A DNA stretch of 63,585 nucleotides, the filler included, from Octopus bimaculoides (Eukaryota), in assembly GCF_001194135.2 (NCBI RefSeq). It is 8 parts of 7 records of this genome, joined end to end, with 100 filler letters (N's around TTAATTAATTAA, not from the genome) between each part and the next. Parts side by side here need not be neighbours in the genome. Positions count along the whole stretch, not along the records: positions 50,544 to 53,738 come from NC_068989.1; positions 53,839 to 55,724 come from NC_068998.1; positions 55,825 to 61,475 come from NW_026417390.1; positions 61,576 to 63,585 come from NW_026312823.1; 4 more parts are not named here. One strand, given 5' to 3'. The position numbers and the translations under genes were made by a program. A model generated the notes under the pieces. It was not told where the DNA came from and did not search any database. It worked only from the letters and a program-made list of their open reading frames with translations. Below are positions 51,880-63,585 of the stretch, in pieces; positions within the stretch are counted from its first letter, which is position 1; each line of letters begins with the position of its first letter.

Positions 51880-52093
51880 GATTTCAGCGTTTGGCCCAAG
51901 GCTGGCAATTTAACAGAAGTGGATAAGTCGATTACATCGACCCCACTGTTCAACTGGTACTTATTTTATGGATCCCGAAAGGATGAAAGACAAAGCCGAC
52001 CCCGACGGCATTTGAACTCAGAATATAAAGTTGAATGAAATGCCTCTATGCATTTTTCCGGTGTGGTAACGATTCTGCCAACTAGCTGCCTTA
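51880..52093 (-). mobile_element. SINE family A
   Basis: Family body and head are recognisable. Confidence 0.8.
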
Positions 52094-53680
52094 ATTGATA
52101 ATAAAATATCAGTAAATATTTTTATGGTGCTAAAAAACAACCATGGGTATGAATAGGTTGAATAGTTACATGTCGATAATTACTGTTTGCGTTGTAAAAC
52201 TGAGTTCGACATGTATGTACATTTCGTTCAAATTTCACAGTAAAAAATATAAACAAACCAAAATTTTGATTTTCTTTGCTTGGTTACAAACTACATTTGA
52301 CCAATTAAATCTAGTATATATTGTTACATGTACATGTTTTATCGACGAAAAGTTTAGAGAGAGTCACCTATCTCTAACTGTACAGCAAATTAGACAGCCT
52401 TCAAACAGTACTACAATTGCTACCAGAGACCATTTGAACTTGGGGGTATCTCCATGAATCACATAGCCCGCAATCTCATTCGTCTCTCGAACTGCAGTCG
52501 GTCAATTTGCCCTTTTCGCAAAAGTTCTTTACCAACTTTCTGAAATCTTCCTTCCCTCCTCGTTTGTAAGCTGTATCTCCTGGGTATGACTTTAAACTAC
52601 ATCCGGTAGTGGACCCCTGGTTCAGGCGTTCCAAGAGTCTTAAGGAATGTGGAACCACTTCTGAGCTTCTATTGTTCCTAGGTCTACTCTAATCCGTAGT
52701 AGTGGCACCTGCAAAGGTCCCAGTTGTGGCTTAATTAACATGTTACAGCCTGCCTACTTATGTATGTGAAAACTGTGTCTGGCGGACTGAGAAGGTAAAA
52801 AGCATTCATGCTTCAACGGAGGGAAAAGCGTCTGCAGAAATGCATTGTGGAGTGCAGAGAACAAGATGAAAGAAATAAAACATTTTGGTCTACTACATCC
52901 GTTTCCATCTCCGGTCGTCTTACTCGGTTTTGACACTGTATGGTCACGGACGAGCGAATACCGTTGATGGTGTGCAATTATTGTTCATTTTAAATAACAT
53001 CATTGCGCAAGTTATTAGTCATCTTTAAGAAAGACTATAAGGGCCTCGTCTCTCGACAGATAAACTAGTAGACAGTCAGAAAGAATCCCTGCAGCCAATT
53101 ACATATTAAACACAAATAAATTTCGTTTAGAATTTGACCTCACAAATACAACGCAAAATCTGAAATTACCTCTGGTCGCTTCAAACGACTGAGGTCAATG
53201 GTCCTAACAATCTGCCTTACAGTACCCCCGAGCAAAGTAATATCATGCAGAAAAGGACTCTATTCTTACGAAACTTTCGAATCGCGTTTTTCCCCTATTC
53301 TGAACCTGTTTTTATTCTGTTCGTCTCTGCATCTTTCTACTTCTCTGTATGTCTAACTGTTAGTTTGTCTAACTGTATGTCTGCCTATCTCTCTTTATCG
53401 TCTTCTCCATGTGTATATCTTGAATTTTTGAAATATGGCACCAATTTATTATTTTCTTTGGGAACTAAGAAGGATAGATGACAGAATCGCTAGAGCGTCA
53501 GAACAATAGTTTTGTGATATTTCTTTAGGCGCTCTGTTGAAATTCCCCTAGAATGACGTAGCATTTCATTCCTCATTAGAGCAACAGTGAAGTCAATGAT
53601 ACCTACGAAAGCTCTTCTCAATTTACAGACATTGTGTCTAAATCAGAAAACATTATTTCATTTATATATATATGTGTGTG

Positions 53681-53730
<50 letters not shown>

Positions 53731-54399
53731 CATACATANNNNNNNNNNNNNNNNNNNNNNNNNNNNNNNNNNNNNNNNNNNNTTAATTAATTAANNNNNN
53801 NNNNNNNNNNNNNNNNNNNNNNNNNNNNNNNNNNNNNNGCCTTCATAGGAGAAAGAATAATAAGATCGTGTGTGTGTGTGTGTGTCCGCACGCGTGCGTG
53901 CGTGCGTGCGTGCGTGAAGTGTGAGAGGGAAGAGAGTAAGGAGAAAATCATATATGAATCTGAGCGGAACAGAGAGAGAGAGAGAGAGAGAGACATACAG
54001 ATACACACACACAGACACACACACACGCACGCACCAACTGAAAGAGATAGAGTAAAAGAGGGAGAGAAAGCAAGCGAAGGCGAGGGACTCAGAAGAACAG
54101 GTGTTTAAATTACGTATTGTGAGTTCTGAGTTATTTTATTTTTTTTTAATTTTACAAATTTAAAAGATATTTCACACAGCATACGTTATTATGTACAGTC
54201 GATATTAATATTAATCCAAGATATCAGGAGATATCTACCCTGGATATGAAGCTAGAGTTATTTACACGTGTGTGTGTGTGTGTGTTATTATTATTAATAT
54301 TATTATTTCTTCGTAACACGGTGTAAGTAAAAATACACCGGAGTCTTTAGTCATCTGTCAAGTGACAACTTTTATTATTATTATTATTATTATTATTAT

Positions 54400-55040
54400 A
54401 TGTTTGACTTTTGCTTTGTATTTGTACAAGTTGGCTCCAAGTCTCACCCAGAGACCTCAAGAGACAACAAGTTAGAAGTTCATGTTGGTGTTATGCCTAG
54501 GGTGCCATATATTTGGTTTTGTACAAAGTATTGTTCTAGAGAATGTTTAAGAAAACATAAGAAACTTGTAAGTTTGTTTTAAAATTTGAGATTACATAAA
54601 CAGTATTTTACGTAGGATATGGGCAGTTCCCATGAGCGATATCTTTTGAATTTCTGCTAGGTAGAAATCAGCCCCTTTTGCTAACATTCCTAGGGCACCC
54701 ATGACAACAAGTATTGTCTTGAAGTTCCACATTTTGCCAATTTCTATTTCAAGATCTTTATACTTGCTCAGTTTTTCGTAGGTCTTGACAGATACATTTA
54801 CGTCGATTGGGACAGTCATATCAATGAAGAGGCATAATTTTTGTTTGAAGTCTTTCATTATAATGTCTGGCCTATTCATATTTATCTTTCTGTTAGTTTG
54901 AACGGTGAAGTTGCAGAGGAGTGAGACGTGGTCACTTTCAAACATGGAGGTGGTTTGTGCTCCCACCAGGTTTTATCATGGAACAAGTCCAGATTTTTGC
55001 AAATTACCCAGTGAATATACTGTGCAGCTCTATGCTGTTC
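54400..55040 (-). mobile_element. R4/Dong-like LINE 3' end (restriction-like endonuclease) between two (TAA)n tracts
   Basis: AQYIHWVICK..WWEHKP; NRPDIIMKD...FIDMTVPIDVNVSVKTYEKLSKYKDLEIEI...VVMGALG; (TAT)n at 54372-54400 and 55041-55068. Confidence 0.88.
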
Positions 55041-55279
55041 TATTATTATTATTATTATTATTATTATGGTACAATAACATATACATTGCATACAAAATAT
55101 ATTCTCCTGTTTGTATGAAGGGGATATTATGATGTGCAAAGTATTACACACACACACACACATACACATACACACACACACACAAATACGTGTGTGTATA
55201 TATGTATAGCATATAATGAGAGGTAATGTTATATAAATATCTAGAACTTACGCTATAAAACATATATGCATATATATGC

Positions 55280-55317
<38 letters not shown>

Positions 55318-55349
55318 GTATATATTTATCATCCAGCTATTCTGATTAT

Positions 55350-55603
55350 ATGTCTGTGCATACGTTTGAATGTGATGTGTGCCAGAGGGTTTGCAAATCC
55401 AATGGGGGTCTTAAAAGACATGTTAGGATCCACAATGAGCAGAACTTACTTGCAGGTATTGGTAGTGCAAATCAGAGGTGCAATCTGTGTGGGTGTTTCT
55501 TCAAAACACTGTCTGGTTTAAAAAGCCACATCAGACGCCATGAAAGGGCTAAGGTGTAGGTGCAGGAGGTGGTCAAACTCTGTTTAAGGAGCAGACAACC
55601 ACC
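55350..55603 (+). mobile_element. LINE (RTE-like) 3' end encoding two intact C2H2 zinc fingers
   Basis: FECDVCQRVCKSNGGLKRHVRIH...CNLCGCFFKTLSGLKSHIRRH*; homologue at 10787-11016; followed directly by (AT)n. Confidence 0.7.
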
Positions 55604-56393
55604 ATATATATATGTATATATATGCATATATATATACACATATATGTACACATATATATGCACATATATGCATATATATGTATATATATATTCATGCATA
55701 TATATGTATATATATATTCATACANNNNNNNNNNNNNNNNNNNNNNNNNNNNNNNNNNNNNNNNNNNNTTAATTAATTAANNNNNNNNNNNNNNNNNNNN
55801 NNNNNNNNNNNNNNNNNNNNNNNNATATATATATATATAGGTATATGTGTATACACACACACACACACACGCACATATGTATGCTTGTACATATATAATA
55901 TTAACCACTAAAAACACACATACATATGTGCAAACATTATTTTATTAAAGCATTCTAGCTTTCTTTGCTTTAAATAAATGTTGTCGTTAGTGTTTTTTTA
56001 ATTGAATCCTGTCTCTAATAGCTCTCTGAAAATGTTCACTTTTACTACTGTTGTTTGACAGTGTTTACATACTGGGCGTTTGCAATACTGGGTAGGGTAG
56101 CAAGTGATTTGATTGGTTGAACCATGTGACCCTGTTTCATTCAAACACTATTGTATTGAACGATGTCTACTTACGCACAACACCTCTTAGATCAGGAGGA
56201 ACTGAAGTAGTGCTTAAATAGTTTAAAGACTTACTGTGGGTTAAATAAGAATGTAAACGCATTCCTTCTGTGCTGTTGTAATGTTAAGCAGCATTGGTCA
56301 TGTCTTGTAGGAAATAAAGACTATTAAGAAAGAAGTGCATATCGTGTGTGTGTATGGGGGAGTGCATGTATGTATGTATGTATCTATCTACCT

Positions 56394-56437
<44 letters not shown>

Positions 56438-56453
56438 ATATATATACATACAT

Positions 56454-56485
<32 letters not shown>

Positions 56486-56814
56486 NNNNNNNNNNTATAT
56501 TATATAAGGCAGTGCACCAGCATGGCCACAGTCAAATGACTGAAACAAGTAAAAGAGTAGAAGAATGCAGTATTGAGCACTCATTCACACTATTCAACAT
56601 TTACACACACACACACATTAATATGTATATACATACATTTATATATGTGTATATATATATATATATATATAAATATATATATTATATATATCAATATGTA
56701 TATATATGTGTGTGTGAATGTGTGTGTGTATATATGCAAATTCATATGTATATATGTATATGTATATATGTGTGTATGTATATGCGTGTGTAATTTATAT
56801 ATATATCAACTGCA

Positions 56815-58250
56815 AAAATGGAGATCTCATTTTTAAACTTGGACTTGAAGATAGGACTAAACCCTCCACACCTTGTCCACTCCGTATAAGCTTAAAGGAT
56901 CACAAAGTAAACTTCTCAGTGAACCCCTCGTCTCTCCAGCTCCAATATAGGGAGGATCAGCAAAATTATACTCGATCGATAATACCTCAACTTTCCACCA
57001 CATCTACATTAAAACACTGGACCGAAACCACTGAAGCTATCCAGTGGTTCAATTTTCTATGCCCTAAGCATACCTTTAAATTTATGCAAGTCAACATCGA
57101 CCAATACTACTCCAGGAAATCTCTTTTTCTTCTAAATAAGGCCCTAATTTTCGCCAAAAATATTCGAACCCATCTCGCGATGATATTGATATAATATTAG
57201 CATCCAGCTGAAATATCAGTGTTTGATGGGAAATCCTGGGCCCGCAAAGATACATCCAATTTTTTCGTCACCCCTATGTGGGCCAGTGACTCCGCCCTAG
57301 TTATGAACTTTGTGGGATATTGCCTATATAACGGTCTCCACGAACAATTCCCTAACGTCTCTGGTGCTCTCTACAGAGACGATGCTCTGTTCGCAATCCA
57401 AAATTCTACCAACCGGAAAATCGAACAAACTAGAAAAAGATTAAGCATCTCCTTCTGTAACGTTAAAACTGCTAATTTCTTAGACGTAACCCTGAACTTG
57501 TTAAACCCATACCACAAACCTGGGGAAAACCTCTACTATGCGAACTTCTCCTCCGACTGCCACCACTTCATTCTAAAATCTATTATGAAAAGCATTTCCT
57601 AGATTTCCTCACTGTCTGCTAATAAGGATTTATTCAATCAATATGTTGAATATTACAATTGTGCCCTACAACGTGCCGGACATAAAAACTTGACCGAATA
57701 CATGCCCTTGTGGGATATTCCCATCTCCACTAAACCCGGAACTGAAACCAATTCTGCACCCCTATATAGTAAACGTAAAATCCCCCGTATCCGACCCCTC
57801 CAAATTTCAGAGTAACAGATGATCCTACAAGCAACCCTCCTACCAGATGGCCCCAAATCCTATATACATCACAACTCACTGAAACAGACACCAGCGTACA
57901 CCTCCAAAACTCAATCCCCATTCAGTTAACCTCCTAATCAGACTAAACGAACTAGTACCTGGAAGGTTATTTGGTTCCACAATCCCTTCACTCTCAATGT
58001 TCAGACTCAAGTACCTAAACTCTTCGTCGCTCTATTCGAAAAACATTTCCCTAAATCTAGCTCCCCAAGTCCCCAACAAAATCCAACAGCACATCATTAT
58101 CTCAGTTTATCAATAAACTAAAGTTTGATTCAACTCTTTACATTCTTAAGTGGTCCGTAGTCATCCATGCCAAGCCATACAGCAGCTATAATAACAAGTG
58201 TGATCTCTGCATAGCCGAGGTCTTGGCTATTTTGCAATCCACAGATTGTC
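56815..58250 (+). mobile_element. Penelope-like element relic (RT to C-terminal CxLC region)
   Basis: LKDHK.NF; AIQWF; GALYRDDALFA; NFLDVTLNL..YHKP; KCDLCIAE. Confidence 0.8.
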
Positions 58251-58316
58251 TTTACTTTCTTTTACCGGAACCATGTTGTTGGGAAGCAAGCTTCTTACCA
58301 CACAGCCACGTCTGCG

Positions 58317-58356
<40 letters not shown>

Positions 58357-59394
58357 CAGAAAAGGGAGAAAACCTCAGATCAACAAACAAATCAATTGGA
58401 CCACATCTGTAGCTTATTATTTAATACTAAACAGAAAATAACATTTATGTGACATAACAAGTCTTACGGCTGTTTCCGCTTCCGATGCTATTCAGTGCCT
58501 ACTAAGAATTTCGAGATAATTTTTAATATATTNNNNNNNNNNNNNNNNNNNNNNNNNNNNNNNNNNNNNNNNNNNNNNNNNNNNNNNNNNNNNNNNNNNN
58601 NNNNNNNNNNNNNNNNNNNNNNNNNNNNNNNNNNNNNNNNNNNNNNNNNNNNNNNNNNNNNNNNNNNNNNNNNNNNNNNNNNNNNNNNNNNNNNNNNNNN
58701 NNNNNNNNNNNNNNNNNNNNNNNNNNNNNNNNNNNNNNNNNNNNNNNNNNNNNNNNNNNNNNNNNNNNNNNNNNNNNNNNNNNNNNNNNNNNNNNNNNNN
58801 NNNNNNNNNNNNNNNNNNNNNNNNNNNNNNNNNNNNNNNNNNNNNNNNNNNNNNNNNNNNNNNNNNNNNNNNNNNNNNNNNNNNNNNNNNNNNNNNNNNN
58901 NNNNNNNNNNNNNNNNNNNNNNNNNNNNNNNNNNNNNNNNNNNNNNNNNNNNNNNNNNNNNNNNNNNNNNNNNNNNNNNNNNNNNNNNNNNNNNNNNNNN
59001 NNNNNNNNNNNNNNNNNNNNNNNNNNNNNNNNNNNNNNNNNNNNNNNNNNNNNNNNNNNNNNNNNNNNNNNNNNNNNNNNNNNNNNNNNNNNNNNNNNNN
59101 NNNNNNNNNNNNNNNNNNNNNNNNNNNNNNNNNNNNNNNNNNNNNNNNNNNNNNNNNNNNNNNNNNNNNNNNNNNNNNNNNNNNNNNNNNNNNNNNNNNN
59201 NNNNNNNNNNNNNNNNNNNNNNNNNNNNNNNNNNNNNNNNNNNNNNNNNNNNNNNNNNNNNNNNNNNNNNNNNNNNNNNNNNNNNNNNNNNNNNNNNNNN
59301 NNNNNNNNNNNNNNNNNNNNNNNNNNNNNNNNNNNNNNNNNGTGGATTTGGTAGATGGAAACTGAAAGAAGCCTGTCGTATATATGTATGTGTG

Positions 59395-59429
<35 letters not shown>

Positions 59430-60373
59430 ACATGTTTGTGTGTCTGTATTTGTCCCCCCAACATTGCTTGACAACCGATGGTGGTGTGTTTACGTCCCGT
59501 AACTTAGCGGTTCGGCAATAGAGACTGATAGAATAAGTACTAGGCTTCCAAAGAATAAGTTCTGGGGTTGATTTGCTCCACTAAAGGCAGTGCACCAGCA
59601 TGGCCGCAGTCAAATGACTGAAGCGAATAAAAGAGTAAAAGAGTAAAAAGAGTATATATATAATTGTCAGTGTGTGTCTTTGTTTTTCTCTCCCACCACC
59701 ACTCGGTAGCTGTTGTCGGTTTGTTTATGTCCCTTATAACTTGGCAGTTCAGCATAAAAAACTGACGGAATGAAGTAACTAAAAGTACTTAAAAAAAAAA
59801 ACTAAAAAAAAATAGTCACTGAGGTAGATTTGGTCAACAAAATACTCTTCATGGCATTGCTCCAACATGACCACAGCCTAAAGGCTAGAACAGGTAAAAG
59901 ATTAACGATAAAGGATATATGATACGCAAACAAATAATCAATATGTAATTAAATTAAAATTGGAATTAAAAATAATAATGAAAAAAACTAAAACATAAAA
60001 CAAGCAAAGAAAAACAATAACAAAAACACTGAAAAACAAATAAACAAGATGACTGAAACAGACTGTCCTGCTTCGGGAAACATTCTTTAATGAGAGATTT
60101 GTAAGGTTGTCCATATTTCTATGGATTAACTGAATGCAATAACATATAGATTTAGAATTGCAGTCAACTGATTGTCATATATTATGCAGGCTTTCATATA
60201 TTTTTTGAGTGAGTTTTGTATTAGTCCTTCCTCCACTCTTTTTTGTGTTATGTTTGCTTTTCTTTCTTTCTTCTCTCTTTCTTTTTCTTTCTTTGTTCAT
60301 GTATGTTAGTTATATATATACAATGTTGATATAATACATATAATATATAACATATATACTATGTATGTATATA

Positions 60374-60420
<47 letters not shown>

Positions 60421-60862
60421 GGTATTAAATTGATATTAATTAATATCGAATTTTTACCCTATTATGTTAATTAACCATAATCACATGTCTCAAAGTTGGT
60501 AAATTCAAAGCAGAAATTATTTTCTGCAGAGATATTTCCGGATTCAGCGTGCCAAAACTAAGACTTTTTGAATTTTTCCCTTTATAATGGATAGAATTAC
60601 GTGCACGTTTTCACTAGTTGGAGACAACTAGCATGACATTCTGTTCAATTATAATAATATCGGCAATTTGTACTGATGATAAATAGATACTTTAATTTGG
60701 AAGTATTGATTTTGAAACTATAGTCTACAGATAACCGAGATATTTATAATTTTCACTGGTCTCACTCGCCTGGTTTTGCTCCGCTGAATCTTTCTTTGAG
60801 AATTTTTTAAGTGATCTTTTTCTAGCGTATTAACAGACCACTTACTGGTCACNNNNNNNNNN

Positions 60863-60908
<46 letters not shown>

Positions 60909-60964
60909 TTGTGGAATAGGACAGCAAACACCAAGGCATAACAAGTATCTCAAGTCATATACAT

Positions 60965-61080
60965 TCATCATCATCATCATCGTTTAACGTCCGCTTTCCA
61001 TGCTAGCATGGGTTGGACGATTTGACTGAGGACTGGTGAAACCAGATGGCAACACCAGGCTCCAATCTGATTTGGTAGAG
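60965..61080 (-). mobile_element. Nin-like SINE family D 3' fragment
   Basis: Near-identical to 10589-10690. Confidence 0.8.
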
Positions 61081-61231
61081 GGACAATGGATATGATTTTC
61101 ACAGCAAGACAGATGCAGGAGAAATGCTATGAGCAGAATATGGATCTTGTCCAGGTATTCATTGATTTAACAAAGGCCTTTGATACTGTAAGTAGGGCCT
61201 TTCTATGGAAAATACTTGGCAAACTTGGATA
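61081..61231 (+). mobile_element. RTE-clade reverse-transcriptase fragment
   Basis: TMDMIFTARQMQEKCYEQNMDLVQVFIDLTKAFDTVSRAFLWKILGKLG. Confidence 0.85.
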
Positions 61232-61353
61232 TACATACATATATATACACATACACACATATATAAAGACATATATATATATACATACATATATATACAC
61301 ATATATAAAGACATATATATATATATAGATATACACAATATGTATATACATAT

Positions 61354-61386
<33 letters not shown>

Positions 61387-61429
61387 CATATACACACACA
61401 TCATATATATATAAAATATCATATATATA

Positions 61430-61475
<46 letters not shown>

Positions 61476-61740
61476 NNNNNNNNNNNNNNNNNNNNNNNNN
61501 NNNNNNNNNNNNNNNNNNNTTAATTAATTAANNNNNNNNNNNNNNNNNNNNNNNNNNNNNNNNNNNNNNNNNNNNTTGGAGTTACTCATTTCATTGTTTT
61601 TCTTTATAAACTCCGCTAGAGATTGCCTTAAACTGCTAATAACCTAGATAGTCACAATTCATAAAAGTTTCCCAAATTACTCAATTATAACTTATTGGTT
61701 TATGTAATAAATAATTAATGTCTGCAACAAGGAAGTCGAC

Positions 61741-61812
61741 AGCAGAGTGGCGCGGTGGGAGCGTGCTGGTCCCATAACCCAGAGGTACGTAGATCGAAAC
61801 TACGCTCTGCTA
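61741..61812 (+). tRNA. Initiator tRNA-Met (CAT), variant; gene or young pseudogene
   Basis: Perfect acceptor AGCAGAG/CTCTGCT (A1:U72), T-arm CGTAG/CTACG with ATCGAAA loop, anticodon CAT, T7 run at 61848-61854. Deviations: G at 14 and T at 31 (breaks an anticodon-stem GC pair). Confidence 0.85.
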
Positions 61813-63133
61813 AAAAAAAGTTGGCATGAATACGTATCTCTCCTTTCATTTTTTTAAAAAAAAGAAATTTTTGAACAAAATCCTTAACAAAAAAAATATC
61901 TATATATTTTTTTTATTATTTATTTCATACTGCACCAACTATGATAAATTACTAGTGTCCAGTTAACAGGGAACTCGTCTAGTTTTCAGTTTATCTCTGT
62001 GAATTAACTGACTGTTCGTACATCTGCTTGATACAGTTGAAGGTTGAAGACTGGGATCTTTTTTAAAACGGGGGCCACATTTTTCATTAATGTTTTACGT
62101 AGTGTTTTTGGTACCGAAAGACTTTCAAATTTCGTATACTTATCTATTTTGTGTTATAGAACAGNNNNNNNNNNNNNNNNNNNNNNNNNNNNNNNNNNNN
62201 NNNNNNNNNNNNNNNNNNNNNNNNNNNNNNNNNNNNNNNNNNNNNNNNNNNNNNNNNNNNNNNNNNNNNNNNNNNNNNNNNNNNNNNNNNNNNNNNNNNN
62301 NNNNNNNNNNNNNNNNNNNNNNNNNNNNNNNNNNNNNNNNNNNNNNNNNNNNNNNNNNNNNNNNNNNNNNNNNNNNNNNNNNNNNNNNNNNNNNNNNNNN
62401 NNNNNNNNNNNNNNNNNNNNNNNNNNNNNNNNNNNNNNNNNNNNNNNNNNNNNNNNNNNNNNNNNNNNNNNNNNNNNNNNNNNNNNNNNNNNNNNNNNNN
62501 NNNNNNNNNNNNNNNNNNNNNNNNNNNNNNNNNNNNNNNNNNNNNNNNNNNNNNNNNNNNNNNNNNNNNNNNNNNNNNNNNNNNNNNNNNNNNNNNNNNN
62601 NNNNNNNNNNNNNNNNNNNNNNNNNNNNNNNNNNNNNNNNNNNNNNNNNNNNNNNNNNNNNNNNNNNNNNNNNNNNNNNNNNNNNNNNNNNNNNNNNNNN
62701 NNNNNNNNNNNNNNNNNNNNNNNNNNNNNNNNNNNNNNNNNNNNNNNNNNNNNNNNNNNNNNNNNNNNNNNNNNNNNNNNNNNNNNNNNNNNNNNNNNNN
62801 NNNNNNNNNNNNNNNNNNNNNNNNNCCCCGACTCAACCTCATGTTTCGGGATAATGATGAAAATCTCTTTGACTCGTGAAATTATTTCAAATCAAGGTTT
62901 GTATAGTTTGTGACTTAGTTAGAGGCGGCGATAGAAAAATATGTTTCTGTTGCATATACATCGACGCACAATCATCACTATTTGGAGTTGCTCATTTCAT
63001 TATTCTTTTTAGAGATTGACTTAATCTACTAATAACCTAGATAGTCACAGTTCATAAAAGTTTCCCAGTTTACTCAATGATAAGATATTGGTTTATGTAA
63101 TAAATAAGTAATGTCTGCAACTAGAAAATCGAC

Positions 63134-63205
63134 AGCAGAATGGCGCAGTTGGAACTTGCTGGGTTCATAAGATAGCTGTCCGTAGTTCGAAACTACGCTC
63201 AGTTA
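63134..63205 (+). pseudogene. Degenerate tRNA-iMet copy
   Basis: AGCAGAATGGCGCAGTTGGAAC..CTGGGTTCATAAGATAG..CGTAGTTCGAAACTACGCTC; anticodon and acceptor stems are broken; shares about 160 bp of upstream flank with the 61741 copy. Confidence 0.8.
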
Positions 63206-63397
63206 TATACTTGTTTGTTTTTAAATGTTTTATTACAAATTCCATAAGCAACACGTCTTTTGTTTTACTCACTGCACTACGACCATGTTAGGGTACGGTT
63301 CTTGAATTATTGTTTTTTTAGTAGAACAGATCGATTCCATTACAGACATACACACACGCACACATACAGATATATTATTCCCTCAACAGTCGTCAAC

Positions 63398-63438
63398 AGC
63401 AGAGAGATGCAGTGGGACCGAGCTGGGCCCATTACGCC
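63398..63438 (+). pseudogene. 5'-half tRNA-iMet remnant
   Basis: GTCAAC|AGCAGAGAGATGCAGTGGGACCGAGCTGGGCCCATTACGCC. Confidence 0.6.
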
Positions 63439-63585
63439 ATTACACAAATACGCACACACACACACACACACAAATACACATACACACGCACAAATCAGAA
63501 AGAAATGTGTAATAAACAGTGAAATTTAAGTTATTCACATTGCTTATGTTTCCAGTCTTGAGGAGGTTTTAGTTTATTAATTTCC

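Noticed and set aside
22121-58500. Apparent minus-strand bias of hammerhead motifs
   Set aside because: The search was by eye and strand-biased, and a plus-strand candidate exists at about 4330; not testable without a scan.
2261-62913. Long ORFs made of X residues or YI/CV/HT/LS dipeptide runs
   Set aside because: They are translations of N gaps and microsatellites, not genes.
1-63585. CRISPR array, rRNA or prokaryotic operon
   Set aside because: No regularly spaced repeat-spacer structure, rRNA motifs or dense prokaryotic ORFs.

Overview
AT-rich, microsatellite- and SINE-saturated animal genomic DNA from a gapped draft assembly. The repeat families point to an octopod cephalopod (inference). 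There are many N gaps and seven artificial N44-TTAATTAATTAA-N44 scaffold linkers. Positions ~1-21.9 kb are the CpG-poor 3' part of a spliced minus-strand protein-coding gene that I cannot name. Seven exons were reconstructed by splice signals and phase; they encode a hydrophobic segment, a charged linker and a long Ser/Pro/Arg-rich tail ending in STMFLI*. The rest is a CpG-richer transposon landscape: R4/Dong-like, RTE, Tx1-like and Penelope-like retroelements; mariner, Tc1 (full length, TIRs and TA flanks) and Tigger/pogo relics; several tRNA-derived SINE families; and three copies of initiator tRNA-Met in different states of decay. The most notable unexplained signal is a set of eight or nine hammerhead-ribozyme-like motifs in several short repeat families, most followed by 85-240 nt and a microsatellite. 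One has a fully paired fold with a compensatory-looking U3-A8 catalytic-core pair. No CRISPR array, rRNA or prokaryotic system is present.
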